Source: an uncultured Acidobacteriota bacterium | GTDB taxonomy: Bacteria; Acidobacteriota; Thermoanaerobaculia; UBA5066 | Direction: 5' to 3' | Assembly: GCA_963836285.1 (NCBI GenBank) | Contig: CAWIIN010000003.1 | Location: 14,708 to 78,707 of the forward strand | Length of the DNA stretch: 64,000 bases | In this document: positions 37,381 through 46,094 of the stretch, one piece after another | Position numbering within the stretch: position 1 is the first letter of the stretch | Layout: each line of letters starts with the position of its first letter | Notes under the pieces: model-generated | Database searches by the model: none | Seen by the model: only the letters and a program-made list of their open reading frames with translations | Told to the model about the DNA's origin: nothing | Made by a program: the position numbers and the translations under genes

Positions 37381-37791
37381 ATGAAGACTTTCAATCGGAT
37401 CCGCAGAAGCTGGCGGCTTCTCGCGGGAGGAAAGCCCGGCGACCGCTTCGAGCGCTTCTACCGGAGCCAGCAGGAGGGCCGCACGCCCGCGCGGAAGGTG
37501 CTCTCCATCCTCATCGGGTTCGCGATCGCCGCCGCCGGGATCGTCCTCCTCCCCGCCCCCGGCCCCGGCATGCTGGTCGTCGCTTTGGGGCTGGGACTCC
37601 TGGCGCGCGAATTCCTGGCCGTCGCGCGCGCTCTCGACTGGCTCGAGCCCAGGCTCCGGAGGACCATCGTGGCGGCGGTGCGGCTCTGGAGGAAGTCCTC
37701 GCCGCTGGGTCGAGCCGCTCTGGTCTTGGCCGCCACCGCCCTCGCGAGCGTTGCGGCGATCGGCAGCTACGCGCTGATGTTTGCGGACTGA
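37381..37791 (+). CDS. PGPGW-domain small transmembrane protein
   Basis: The LLPAPGPGMLVVALGLGLLAREF motif is diagnostic of the PGPGW family. It has two TM segments. Confidence 0.7.
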   Translation: MKTFNRIRRSWRLLAGGKPGDRFERFYRSQQEGRTPARKVLSILIGFAIAAAGIVLLPAPGPGMLVVALGLGLLAREFLAVARALDWLEPRLRRTIVAAVRLWRKSSPLGRAALVLAATALASVAAIGSYALMFAD

Positions 37792-37821
37792 CGTCTCGCC
37801 GGCGTCGCATAGACTCCGAGG

Positions 37822-39348
37822 ATGCGAACAGGGCTCTCCCGTTGGACCCGAGCACTCGCGGCCATCGTCCTTGCCTTCGGAGTTGCGCCCGCCGACGCGG
37901 CCCCTGCCGTCGCGCCCCGCCCGCGCGAGAAGGCCCAGGTCGTCGTCGTGGGCGCGGGGCTCACGGGACTGACGACGGCCTACGAGCTGCGCAAGGGCGG
38001 CGTCGACGTCCTCCTCCTGGAGGCGGCCCCGCGCGCGGGCGGGCGCATTCAGACCGTGACTTTCGCGGACGGGATGCACGTCGAGGGTCACATGGAGGAA
38101 TACTGGGAGCGAAGTCCGGCATACGCCCTGCTGAAGGAGCTGAAGGTGCCGTTGCTGGACGACGTGGCCCACTCCAGCGTGAGGATCGGCGGGAAGATCT
38201 ATCCCTACCGGGGCGAGGGCGACCGCGACACCTACCTGCGCGGCATCTTCTCGGAGCCTGAGCGCGAGGCCTTCCTGCGCTGGAACGCCAAGGTCTGGGG
38301 GCTCCACGAGAAGCTCATTGCGGCCGACCATAGCGGCCACGACATCACCGATCCCGAGCTGCTCGAGCTTCAGAAGGTGAGCTTCGCCGAGTTCGTGAAG
38401 CGCGACGGTCTGCCCGAGAAGGTCAGCGAGTGGATCCGGGTGACCGTGGAGCCGGAGATGGCCATCGAATGGGACGCCATTGCCGCCCTCGACGGCGTCG
38501 ACGAAATGCGCCTGTTCCTCGACTCCCCCGAGGGTTTCGGAGAGAAGAACTACCACGTGAAGGGCGGCAACAGCGGGTTCATTCGCGCGCTGATGGCAAA
38601 GGTCGGCTCCGAGCGTGTCGTGACCCAGGCTCAGGTGACCGCGATCGAGCATGGTGCCGACGGGGTCCGCGTGCGCTACCTGCATCAGGGCGCCCGCTAT
38701 CGCGAGGTGTGCGCGCGCGCCGTCGTCGTGACCGTGCCGCTCTATCAGCTGCGACGCATCCAATTCGTGCCGCCGCTCTCTCACGACAAGCGCAAGGCCA
38801 TCGAGACCACGCGCTTCGGCGCGTACATCAAGGTGCACATTCGCATCGGCGCCGAGGCGGCGAAGCTCTGGGAGCCGGGGGGCGAATCGCTCCTGACCCT
38901 CCTCAGCGACTCTGCGGCCGGCAGCATCTACGACGCGACGGATTTCCAGCCGCACGGCGCCAAGGCCGACCGCTACCTGACGCTCCTCGTTCACGCGCGG
39001 TTCGCTCGCGAGATGCTCGGGATGAGCGCGGACGAGATGCGGGAGCACGCCATCCGCAGCCTGGATGCGCTGTTCCCGGGAGCCGGCGCCCACGTGCGGC
39101 TCGTCGAGCTGTTCGTCTACCCGACGGCGGTGGCCTACTGGCCGCTGGAGCTCGGACGGTCGCGATTCGACGGCCTCGCGGCCGAGCTGCGCCGGCCCGA
39201 AGGGGCCGTGTGGATCGGCGGGGACACCACCGAGAACAGCCACTCGGAGGGGTCCGTGCAGGCCGCGCTGCGCATGTCCAGGGAGATCATCGCGCGGAAA
39301 GCCACCCTGTCGAAGCCGTTGCCGGCGCCTGCCGCCGCGCCCCGCTGA
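37822..39348 (+). CDS. flavin-containing amine oxidase family protein, secreted
   Basis: Signal peptide MRTGLSRWTRALAAIVLAFGVAPADA. FAD dinucleotide-binding motif VVVVGAGLTGLTTAYEL...EAAPRAGGRI. The amino-oxidase C-terminal region (GGDTTENSHSEGSVQAALRMS) is present. Confidence 0.8.
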   Translation: MRTGLSRWTRALAAIVLAFGVAPADAAPAVAPRPREKAQVVVVGAGLTGLTTAYELRKGGVDVLLLEAAPRAGGRIQTVTFADGMHVEGHMEEYWERSPAYALLKELKVPLLDDVAHSSVRIGGKIYPYRGEGDRDTYLRGIFSEPEREAFLRWNAKVWGLHEKLIAADHSGHDITDPELLELQKVSFAEFVKRDGLPEKVSEWIRVTVEPEMAIEWDAIAALDGVDEMRLFLDSPEGFGEKNYHVKGGNSGFIRALMAKVGSERVVTQAQVTAIEHGADGVRVRYLHQGARYREVCARAVVVTVPLYQLRRIQFVPPLSHDKRKAIETTRFGAYIKVHIRIGAEAAKLWEPGGESLLTLLSDSAAGSIYDATDFQPHGAKADRYLTLLVHARFAREMLGMSADEMREHAIRSLDALFPGAGAHVRLVELFVYPTAVAYWPLELGRSRFDGLAAELRRPEGAVWIGGDTTENSHSEGSVQAALRMSREIIARKATLSKPLPAPAAAPR

Positions 39349-39413
39349 GCGAGACGAGCGGCCGACGTTCCCGGTGCGCTCGAACGGGCATTTGGCGTGC
39401 CGCGTCACGTGCG

Positions 39414-39441
39414 GGGGCGGGCAAATCCTGCCTAGCGACAG
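39414..39441 (+). repeat. 28-bp direct repeat, copy 2 (GGGGCGGGCAAATCCTGCCTAGCGACAG)
   Basis: 27/28 match to copy 1. The CTA inside it is the stop of the minus-strand acyl-CoA synthetase gene. Confidence 0.8.
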
Positions 39442-41684
39442 AGCGCCGCGAGCGCGCGCGAGGCCCGGTCGATCTTGCGGTAGACCGGGATGCCGCCGCG
39501 CTGGAGGACCATGACGAAGTCGTCGTAGAGGCGGCCGGAGTCGACGTTCACGACGACGGGCTTCTGCGTTTCCCGGAAGAGGCGCAAGAGCTCCTGCGCG
39601 AGCGACTCCCTCGAGAAGAGGTTCTCCGCGTGCGCGCCGTACGGGTCCGGCGCGAGTATGTCGAGCGCGGGCGTGACGGGGATCGGAGAGACGAGGAGCA
39701 TGTCGACGCCGGGGTCGTCCAGCATCGCGGCAGCCGCCTCGACGAACGCGGGCGTGTCCGCCATCGGCGTCGCGTCGACGGGGTTCGCCGCGTGCGCGAT
39801 CCCGGGGAGGCACGCCTTCAGGCGCGCGGCGGTCTCGCCCGAGAACACGGCAGGCGCGAGGCCGTAGAGCTTGTCGAGGACCGCCGAGCACTCGAAGCCC
39901 GCGTTCGAGAGCACCGCGAGGCGGCGTCCCCCGGGCGGCCTCTCGCCGAGCATCGTGTGGACCTTCGTGAAGTCCTCGAACATGTCGAGCGTCTGCGCGA
40001 CCTGGACGCCCGCACCCTCGAGGAGAGCCTTCGCGACCGCATAGTCGCCCGCGAGAGACGCCGTGTGGCTCCGCGCGGCCTCGGCGCCGAGCGCGGTCTT
40101 CCCCGCCTTGAAGACGATCACCTGCCGGCCCTCGGCGGTGACGCGACGCGCGACTCTCACGAACCTCTCGCCGTCGCCCGGCGCGAACCCCTCGATGTAG
40201 AAGGCGAGAAGCCGCACGGTCGGATCGTCCGCGAAGAACTCGAGGAAGTCCGCGGCCGTGAGGTCCATCTGATTTCCATAGGAGATGGACGCGCGCGGGA
40301 AGACGATTCCGTCGAGGTTGCTCGTCAGGGAGACGAGGTACGCGCCGCTCTGCGACACCGCGACGAGCGAGTCGCCCCGCGCGTCGTGGAAGGGCAGCTT
40401 GTACTGCGGCAGGAAGAACGTGTTGTACTGGCGCTTCGACACGATCCCGAGGCAGTTGCCGCCGACGAGGACGGGGCCGCCGTCGGGACGCGCGTGCGCG
40501 TCGGCGAGCGTCTTGCGAAGGGCGGCCTCGAGATCGCCGCGGCCCGCCTCGCCGAAACCTCCCGGGATCAGGATCATCGACTCGGCCTTCCCGGCCGCGA
40601 GCGCGGCCACGACCTCGACCGCGGCGGGTGCCGGCACGGAGACGACCGCGAGGTCGACCTTCTCGGGAAGGGCCGCGACGGACGGGACGCACGGGACGCC
40701 GTCGATAGCCTTCTCTTTCGGATGCACGGCCCAGAGCTTGCCGTACGCGATGCCGTCGGACTGCTTGAGGTTTTTCAGGATGATGCGGCCGGGATTCGCA
40801 CTGGACGCGGAGGCGCCGATGACGGCCGCGCTCTTCGGAGCGAGGAGCGAAGAGATCTTCGAAAGGGGGCGCGCGACGCCCGCCGCGCGCCGGAGGGAGA
40901 ACTTCGCCTTGCCGTCCGCGGCGACCCAGCGGCCGTCCGCACAGAGCAGGATTGGATTGACTTCCAGCTCCTCGAGAGTCGGATGGCCGGGAGCATTCGA
41001 GGGGGAGAAAGAAGAAAGATGCTTAGAAAGGCTTTCGAGCAGCGAGGCCACCGCATCGAGCTCGAGGGGCGCCTGCGCTCGGGCCCTATTACCTTCGAAG
41101 AAAATCTTCAGCGCCGGCTGCTTGTCCACCGCGGCCTGGAGGCCTTGCTTCACCTCTCCGGGCCTGAGGATCGCGGTCGACGCGTTCGCGGCGCCCTGCG
41201 TGAGCTCGCCATACCACTCCGTCAGCAGCCCTCCGAGCCCGAAGACCAGCACCGGCCCGAATGCCGGGTCGTGCTTGAACGAGAGGAGCGCCTCGGCGGC
41301 GGGCGTACCCGTGGCGGGAACGAGCTTCTCGACGACGAGGATGCCGGAAAGAAACGCCTCGGGCGCCCGGTGGGAGACGTCCGTCCAGATCCTCTGCGCC
41401 GCAGCGAGAACGGACGCGGGAGATTTCTTGGAAAGTGAATATCCGCCGACGTCGCTCTTGTGAAGGATGCGCTCCGCCGCGACCTTGAGGACGACCTCGT
41501 CCCCCTCGCCCGTATGACCTTCTAAGAAATCTTCTAATGCCCTTTCGACCTTCTTCGGCTCGCCCGGCCAGAAGAAATGCCTCGGCACGTCAAAGCCCGC
41601 CCGCGCGAGCAGCGCGTAGACCTCGTGCTCGAGGAGCGCGGCCCGGCCCGGCGCAAGGACCGAAGCGGCCTCCCGCGGCGTCAT
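39432..41684 (-). CDS. acd: acetate/acyl-CoA ligase, ADP-forming (NDP-forming acyl-CoA synthetase, fused beta-alpha)
   Basis: Start MTPREAASVLAPGRAALLEHEVYALLARAGFDVP (ATP-grasp). The CoA-binding and ligase-CoA domains are present (AVIGASASSANPGRIILKNL, GNCLGIV, phospho-His region SHTASLAGD). The ATG overlaps the stop of the small Cys4 ORF (ATGA). Confidence 0.85.
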   Translation of the reverse strand: MTPREAASVLAPGRAALLEHEVYALLARAGFDVPRHFFWPGEPKKVERALEDFLEGHTGEGDEVVLKVAAERILHKSDVGGYSLSKKSPASVLAAAQRIWTDVSHRAPEAFLSGILVVEKLVPATGTPAAEALLSFKHDPAFGPVLVFGLGGLLTEWYGELTQGAANASTAILRPGEVKQGLQAAVDKQPALKIFFEGNRARAQAPLELDAVASLLESLSKHLSSFSPSNAPGHPTLEELEVNPILLCADGRWVAADGKAKFSLRRAAGVARPLSKISSLLAPKSAAVIGASASSANPGRIILKNLKQSDGIAYGKLWAVHPKEKAIDGVPCVPSVAALPEKVDLAVVSVPAPAAVEVVAALAAGKAESMILIPGGFGEAGRGDLEAALRKTLADAHARPDGGPVLVGGNCLGIVSKRQYNTFFLPQYKLPFHDARGDSLVAVSQSGAYLVSLTSNLDGIVFPRASISYGNQMDLTAADFLEFFADDPTVRLLAFYIEGFAPGDGERFVRVARRVTAEGRQVIVFKAGKTALGAEAARSHTASLAGDYAVAKALLEGAGVQVAQTLDMFEDFTKVHTMLGERPPGGRRLAVLSNAGFECSAVLDKLYGLAPAVFSGETAARLKACLPGIAHAANPVDATPMADTPAFVEAAAAMLDDPGVDMLLVSPIPVTPALDILAPDPYGAHAENLFSRESLAQELLRLFRETQKPVVVNVDSGRLYDDFVMVLQRGGIPVYRKIDRASRALAALCR

Positions 41685-41956
41685 GCCCCGGGGAATCCCC
41701 GCATCTGGAGCTGCATCGCCTCGAGGCCTTCCAGCATGCGGGTCACCTGGACGCACTGGTCGCAGTTCGCGTGGACGCTCGCGCACGGCACGCCGTCGGC
41801 CATGTGCTCGGGACACTTCGGCTCGCGCGCGAGCTCGATGAGCCCCTCGACGAGCGCGTTCACGCGCGTCCTCAGCGCGGACTCGGGGACCTCGCGCAGA
41901 GTGTTCACGAGGTGCCACTCGGCAGGGGTCAGGCTGTGCGACTTGTTCGTTTCCAT
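41681..41956 (-). CDS. small Cys4 protein, uncharacterised family (paralogue B)
   Basis: 91 aa. METNKSHSLTPAEWHLVNTLRE...LVEGL...CPEHMADGVPCASVHANCDQC...LEGLEAM...GFPGA. GGAGGGG lies 5 nt upstream. It is 11 nt downstream of korB, and its stop overlaps the acd start. Confidence 0.65.
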   Translation of the reverse strand: METNKSHSLTPAEWHLVNTLREVPESALRTRVNALVEGLIELAREPKCPEHMADGVPCASVHANCDQCVQVTRMLEGLEAMQLQMRGFPGA

Positions 41957-41967
41957 GGTCCCCTCCG

Positions 41968-43389
41968 TCAGTGACCGGGCGCCGCGACGGACTTGACGCC
42001 CCAGGCGAACGCTTCCTCGTTGAGCGGGATGAGCGCGCACTTGTCCTTGAGCGCCTGCCTCAGCGCCGTCTTGAACGATTCCTCGGGGAAGATCTTCGTC
42101 GCGGCGCAGAGCGCGCCCAGCGCGACGACGTTCTTGACCATCGCCTTGCCGAGGTCGACCGCGATCTCGGTGAACGGGACGCCGACGACTCTCACGCCGT
42201 CGGCAACCTTCGGGACGTCGTGGATCACGGAGCTGTCGTACACGATCGTCCCGCCGGGGACGACGTCCGGCGCGAATTTCGCGAGGCTCGGCGCGTTGAA
42301 GGCGACGAGGATCCTCGGGTGCGGCGAGGCCGGCGAGAGGACCTCGTCCTCCGCGACGTGGACGTCGGCGTACGACGTGCCGCCGCGCGACTCCGGCCCG
42401 TAGCTCGGGATGTGCGTCGCGTCGAAGCCCTCGGCGATGGCGGCCCGCGCGATGAGCATTGCAGCCGTCTGGGCGCCGTCGCCGCCCGCTCCCGCGAGCT
42501 TGAGCGCGACGTCCTTGCCGCCGAGATGCTCCGGAAAGCCCTTCGCGAAGCGCGGCGGCTTCTCGGCGGAGGCGCCGACGAGGCCCGTGAGGCGCTCCGC
42601 GTCGAAGCTCGGCGGCGGGACCTTCGCGTGCGGCTCGACGACGACGTCCTTCTTCACGCCGAGCGGGAAGACCGGGAGCATGCACTCCTTCACCCATTTC
42701 TCGGTCTCCTCGGGCGTCATCCCGAGGTGCGTCGGGCACTCGGCGAGGACCTCGACGAACGCGAAGCCGCGGTTCTCGACCTGGAGCCGCATCGCCTTCT
42801 TGATCGCCTTCTGGGCCTTGATCCGCTGCTTGGCGTCGTAGAGGGCGACCCTCTCCACGTAGACGGGCCCGTCGAGGCCGGCGATCAGCTCGGCCATCTT
42901 CATCGGCAGGCCCATCGCGGCCGTCCGGCCGTACGGGCTCGTCGCGCTCTTCTGGCCCATGAGCGTCGTCGGCGCCATCTGGCCGCCCGTCATCCCGTAG
43001 ATCGCGTTGTTCACGAAGATCACGGTGATCGGGATTCCGAGCTGCGCCGTCGAGACGATCTCCGCGAGACCGATCGAGGCGAGGTCGCCGTCGCCCTGGT
43101 AGCTCACGACGATCGACTCCGGGTTCGCGAGCTTGTGGCCGATCGCGACGGCGGGCGCGCGGCCGTGGGCCGCCTGCGAGTTGCCGACGTCGAAGTAGTA
43201 GTAGAGGAAGACGGAGCAGCCGACGGGCGAGATCGCGACCGTGCGGTCCTGGATCCCGAGCTCTTCGATCGCGTCGGCGAGGTACTTGTGGGCGAGGCCG
43301 TGGCCGCAGCCCGGGCAGTAGTGCGTCGCATGGGCCTTCAGGCCCTCGCCGCCGGAGTGACGCTCGAAGTTCTCGTAAAAGACGCTCAC
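41968..43389 (-). CDS. korB: 2-oxoacid:ferredoxin oxidoreductase beta subunit (TPP-binding) fused to a gamma domain
   Basis: GTG start overlaps the korA stop (GTGA). TPP motif GDGDLASIGLAE...VFVNNAIYGMTGGQ. The C-terminal ~180 aa are POR/KOR gamma-like (GAGGDGAQTAAMLIARAA). Confidence 0.85.
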   Translation of the reverse strand: MSVFYENFERHSGGEGLKAHATHYCPGCGHGLAHKYLADAIEELGIQDRTVAISPVGCSVFLYYYFDVGNSQAAHGRAPAVAIGHKLANPESIVVSYQGDGDLASIGLAEIVSTAQLGIPITVIFVNNAIYGMTGGQMAPTTLMGQKSATSPYGRTAAMGLPMKMAELIAGLDGPVYVERVALYDAKQRIKAQKAIKKAMRLQVENRGFAFVEVLAECPTHLGMTPEETEKWVKECMLPVFPLGVKKDVVVEPHAKVPPPSFDAERLTGLVGASAEKPPRFAKGFPEHLGGKDVALKLAGAGGDGAQTAAMLIARAAIAEGFDATHIPSYGPESRGGTSYADVHVAEDEVLSPASPHPRILVAFNAPSLAKFAPDVVPGGTIVYDSSVIHDVPKVADGVRVVGVPFTEIAVDLGKAMVKNVVALGALCAATKIFPEESFKTALRQALKDKCALIPLNEEAFAWGVKSVAAPGH

Positions 43390-44795
43390 GCGACCACCTC
43401 CTCGCGGGCCAGGACCGCGTTCGCGACTTCGACCGTTTGCGGCAGGACGCCGCCCATGTGGCGGACGTGCTCGATCGCGGGCCCGGTGAGCCCCGCGTGC
43501 GAGAGGGCGAGCCTCAGCTCGTCCTCGAGCTGACCCGCGGACGCCTCGACGACGACGAGGCGCCGGGCCTTCGGGAGGAGCGGCGCGAGCGCGTCGATCG
43601 GGAACGGCCACACGCTGACGGGCCGGAAGAGGCCGGCCTTGACGCCCTGCCGGCGCAGCGCTTCGACGGCGCCCTTGGCCATGCGGGCCGGCGTCCCGAT
43701 CGAAATGACGAGCACCTCCGCGTCGTCGCAGAGGAAGAGGTCGGCGCGCTGCTCGGCGGCCTGCATGCGCGCGTATTTCTCGTTGAGGTGGATGTTGAAG
43801 TTCTCGAGGTCCCTCTCGTCGAGATAGATCGACGACATGAGGTTGCCGCGGTGCGCGGCGTCGCCGAAGACCGCCCAGTCCGGAAGTCCCGGCTTGATCA
43901 TCGTCTCCGGGAGGACGACCTTGCCCGTCATCTGCCCGAGGTAGCCGTCCGCGAGAAGGACGACCGGGTTGCGGTACTTGAACGCGAGCTCGAACGACAG
44001 TCGCGCGAGGTCGAGCATCTCCTGCGGCGTCGAGGCCGCGAGGGTGATCGCGTGCGTGTTCCCGTGACCGAGGCCGCGGCACGCGAGCTTCACGTCGGCC
44101 TGCTCGGGCGCGATGTTCCCGAGTCCCGGGCCGCCGCGCATCACGTTCACGAAGACGCCCGGCACCTCGGAGCCGATCATGTAGGAGATCCCCTCCAGCA
44201 TCAGAGAGAAGCCCGGCGAGGACGTGAACGTCATGCAGGGCAGACCCGCGCCGCCGCAGCCGTACATCATGTTGACGGTCGCGACTTCGCTGACCGCCTG
44301 GAGGAAGACGCCGTCGAGCTTCGGCTGGAGCTTCGCCATGAGCTCGGCGCCTTCCGTCGAAGGCGTGATCGGGTATCCGAAGACGTGCCGGCAGCCCGCG
44401 AGGAGCGCGCCGACCGCGGCCGCGTAGTTCCCCTTCAGGACGAGAGGCTCCGACTTCGGGAGGGCGACAATCTCGGGCGGGACCGGCGCGGGTTTCGGCC
44501 GCGCCGAGGCGCGCTTGCCGAAGAGCTTCGCCGGGTCCTGCAGCTCGAAGTCCTCGCCTTTCCTCGGCTCGGGCCTGAGGCCGTAGGGCTCCGGGCAGGC
44601 GTCGATGCACAGGCCGCAGGCGTTGCAGTGGTCGAGGTTCAGGACGACGGGCACGAGACCCGTGAGCGGGTTGATCTCGTGTCCGACCTCGATGCAGTGC
44701 TTCGCGCAGGATTCGATGCAGCGCCCGCAGCCCTTGCAGAACTCCGGGAGCAGCAGCGGCTTGGGTCGTTCGCGAACGGGGGCCGTCGTGGCCAT
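43386..44795 (-). CDS. korA: 2-oxoacid:ferredoxin oxidoreductase alpha subunit with N-terminal 2x[4Fe-4S] ferredoxin (delta) domain
   Basis: Start MATTAPVRERPKPLLLPEF with GGAGGG upstream. There are two ferredoxin motifs, CKGCGRCIESC and CNACGLCIDACP. The remainder is the KorA/PorA alpha fold. Confidence 0.85.
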   Translation of the reverse strand: MATTAPVRERPKPLLLPEFCKGCGRCIESCAKHCIEVGHEINPLTGLVPVVLNLDHCNACGLCIDACPEPYGLRPEPRKGEDFELQDPAKLFGKRASARPKPAPVPPEIVALPKSEPLVLKGNYAAAVGALLAGCRHVFGYPITPSTEGAELMAKLQPKLDGVFLQAVSEVATVNMMYGCGGAGLPCMTFTSSPGFSLMLEGISYMIGSEVPGVFVNVMRGGPGLGNIAPEQADVKLACRGLGHGNTHAITLAASTPQEMLDLARLSFELAFKYRNPVVLLADGYLGQMTGKVVLPETMIKPGLPDWAVFGDAAHRGNLMSSIYLDERDLENFNIHLNEKYARMQAAEQRADLFLCDDAEVLVISIGTPARMAKGAVEALRRQGVKAGLFRPVSVWPFPIDALAPLLPKARRLVVVEASAGQLEDELRLALSHAGLTGPAIEHVRHMGGVLPQTVEVANAVLAREEVVA

Positions 44796-44848
44796 GGAGG
44801 ACCCTCCGAAACGAAATTTGACGGCCTCGCGCACAATTCCGCCAGAGA

Positions 44849-44863
44849 GCAGATGAATCAGGG
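44849..44863. promoter_or_regulatory. conserved 15-nt motif GCAGATGAATCAGGG upstream of korA (copy 2)
   Basis: Identical 15-mer to 19318-19332, which lies upstream of small-Cys paralogue A. It sits about 55-60 nt 5' of the first start codon in both cases. Confidence 0.5.
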
Positions 44864-44874
44864 TCTCAAGTCCT

Positions 44875-46058
44875 TCAGAAAGAAGAACCTGCGCCGCCGC
44901 CGCCGAAGCTGCCACCGCCTCCGGTGAAGCCGGGCTCGTCGGGGGGCCTCGCGGCCGGCGCGTGTGCCCCGAGGACCGGCACGAGCTCGACCGCGCGGAA
45001 GGCCGCCTCGTCCGCGTAGAGCGCGTCCGCCGTGAACCCCTCGCGCTCGCCTTCCGGACCGCGGCGCAGCCACCGGTTCACCGCGAGCGCGCCGCCCACG
45101 AGAAGGACGCCGGCAGCCGTGACGACGACCCGCAGGTCCGCGACGTGGACGTACGCGCGTAGTGTCACGAGCGAGAGGGCCGCCAGGACGAGCCCCGCGT
45201 CGAGGAGGAGCCGTCGGCGCCTCACGACGCCGCGCAGGAAGACCGCGGCCGGCACGAGGGCCGTCGCGAGGATCGAAAGGACGACGGCCCCGTCACCCGG
45301 CCAGGCGCCGTTCCGCGCCCGGCCGTGCCCGGCGAGGTCTTCGATCATCCCGTGGTCGAGCGACCAGAAGTTCACGGCGGCGTAGACGGCCGCGATTCCG
45401 CAGACGACGAGACCCGACGCGCACGTCCGGTGCGACGGCGCCCACGATGCCCGGTCCGTGTAGCGCTCCGACAGCGTGCTGAGCGCAACGCCGCCCGCGA
45501 TCCACAGGAGCCGCCCGTACGGCGCGCGCGCGAGAAGGATGAAGAGGGCCGCCGCCGAGAAGCCCGCAAAGGCGGCGATTCCCCAGCGCCACGCGGCGAG
45601 AGCGAACAACCCCGCGGCCCCGGCCAGAACGAGGTTCGGACCCTCGGGCTCACGCAGGTGAAGAGTTTCTTCGAGTAGGAGGAAGAGGCCGCCGATCAGG
45701 AGAACGACGCCCCAGAACCCCGCCGCCTCGACGCCGCCGCGGAGCGACATCGCAGGCGATCTCGCCTGGAGCTCCGCTATGGCAACGAATGCCATACCGA
45801 AGACGGCGCACAGGACCCACGCGCCGGAGGCGTTCGGGCTCGTGGAGAGGACGAACGCGCCGAAGACGGCGAGGAGGACGAAGCTGGAGAGAACGAAGAA
45901 AAGGACGCGCCAGAGCGGCGCCGGCAATGTCCTCGGCTCCGGATAGCGCCTGGAGATTTCTTCGAAGGTGCCCGAGCTGATCGCACCCGCTCTCTTCCAG
46001 CCGCGAGCGGCGGCGCGGACCTCCTCGACGCGCTCGGCCGCGACCCATGCCCCTTTCA
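44875..46058 (-). CDS. polytopic membrane protein with Gly-rich C-terminal tail (DUF4401/DUF2207-like)
   Basis: Start MKGAWVAAERVEEV... About 10 TM helices. The C-terminal GFTGGGGSFGGGGAGSSF tail is present. The long N-terminal ORF extension is rejected. Confidence 0.5.
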
Positions 46059-46094
46059 TGGAATCTCTCTTTTCTTCCTCTTTCTCTTTCCGTC

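Noticed and set aside
41420-41560. AT-rich TTCTAAGAA / GATTTCTTGGAAAG patches resembling the intergenic 12415-12495 boxes
   Set aside because: They lie inside the acd coding region and simply encode K/E/F-rich segments (…FFWPGEPKKVERALEDFLEG…). They are not regulatory repeats.
44796-44848. Possible sigma-54 promoter (TGGCGG-AATTG-TGCG) upstream of korA
   Set aside because: The GG-to-GC spacing is 9 nt rather than the obligatory 10. No enhancer-binding-protein gene is nearby.
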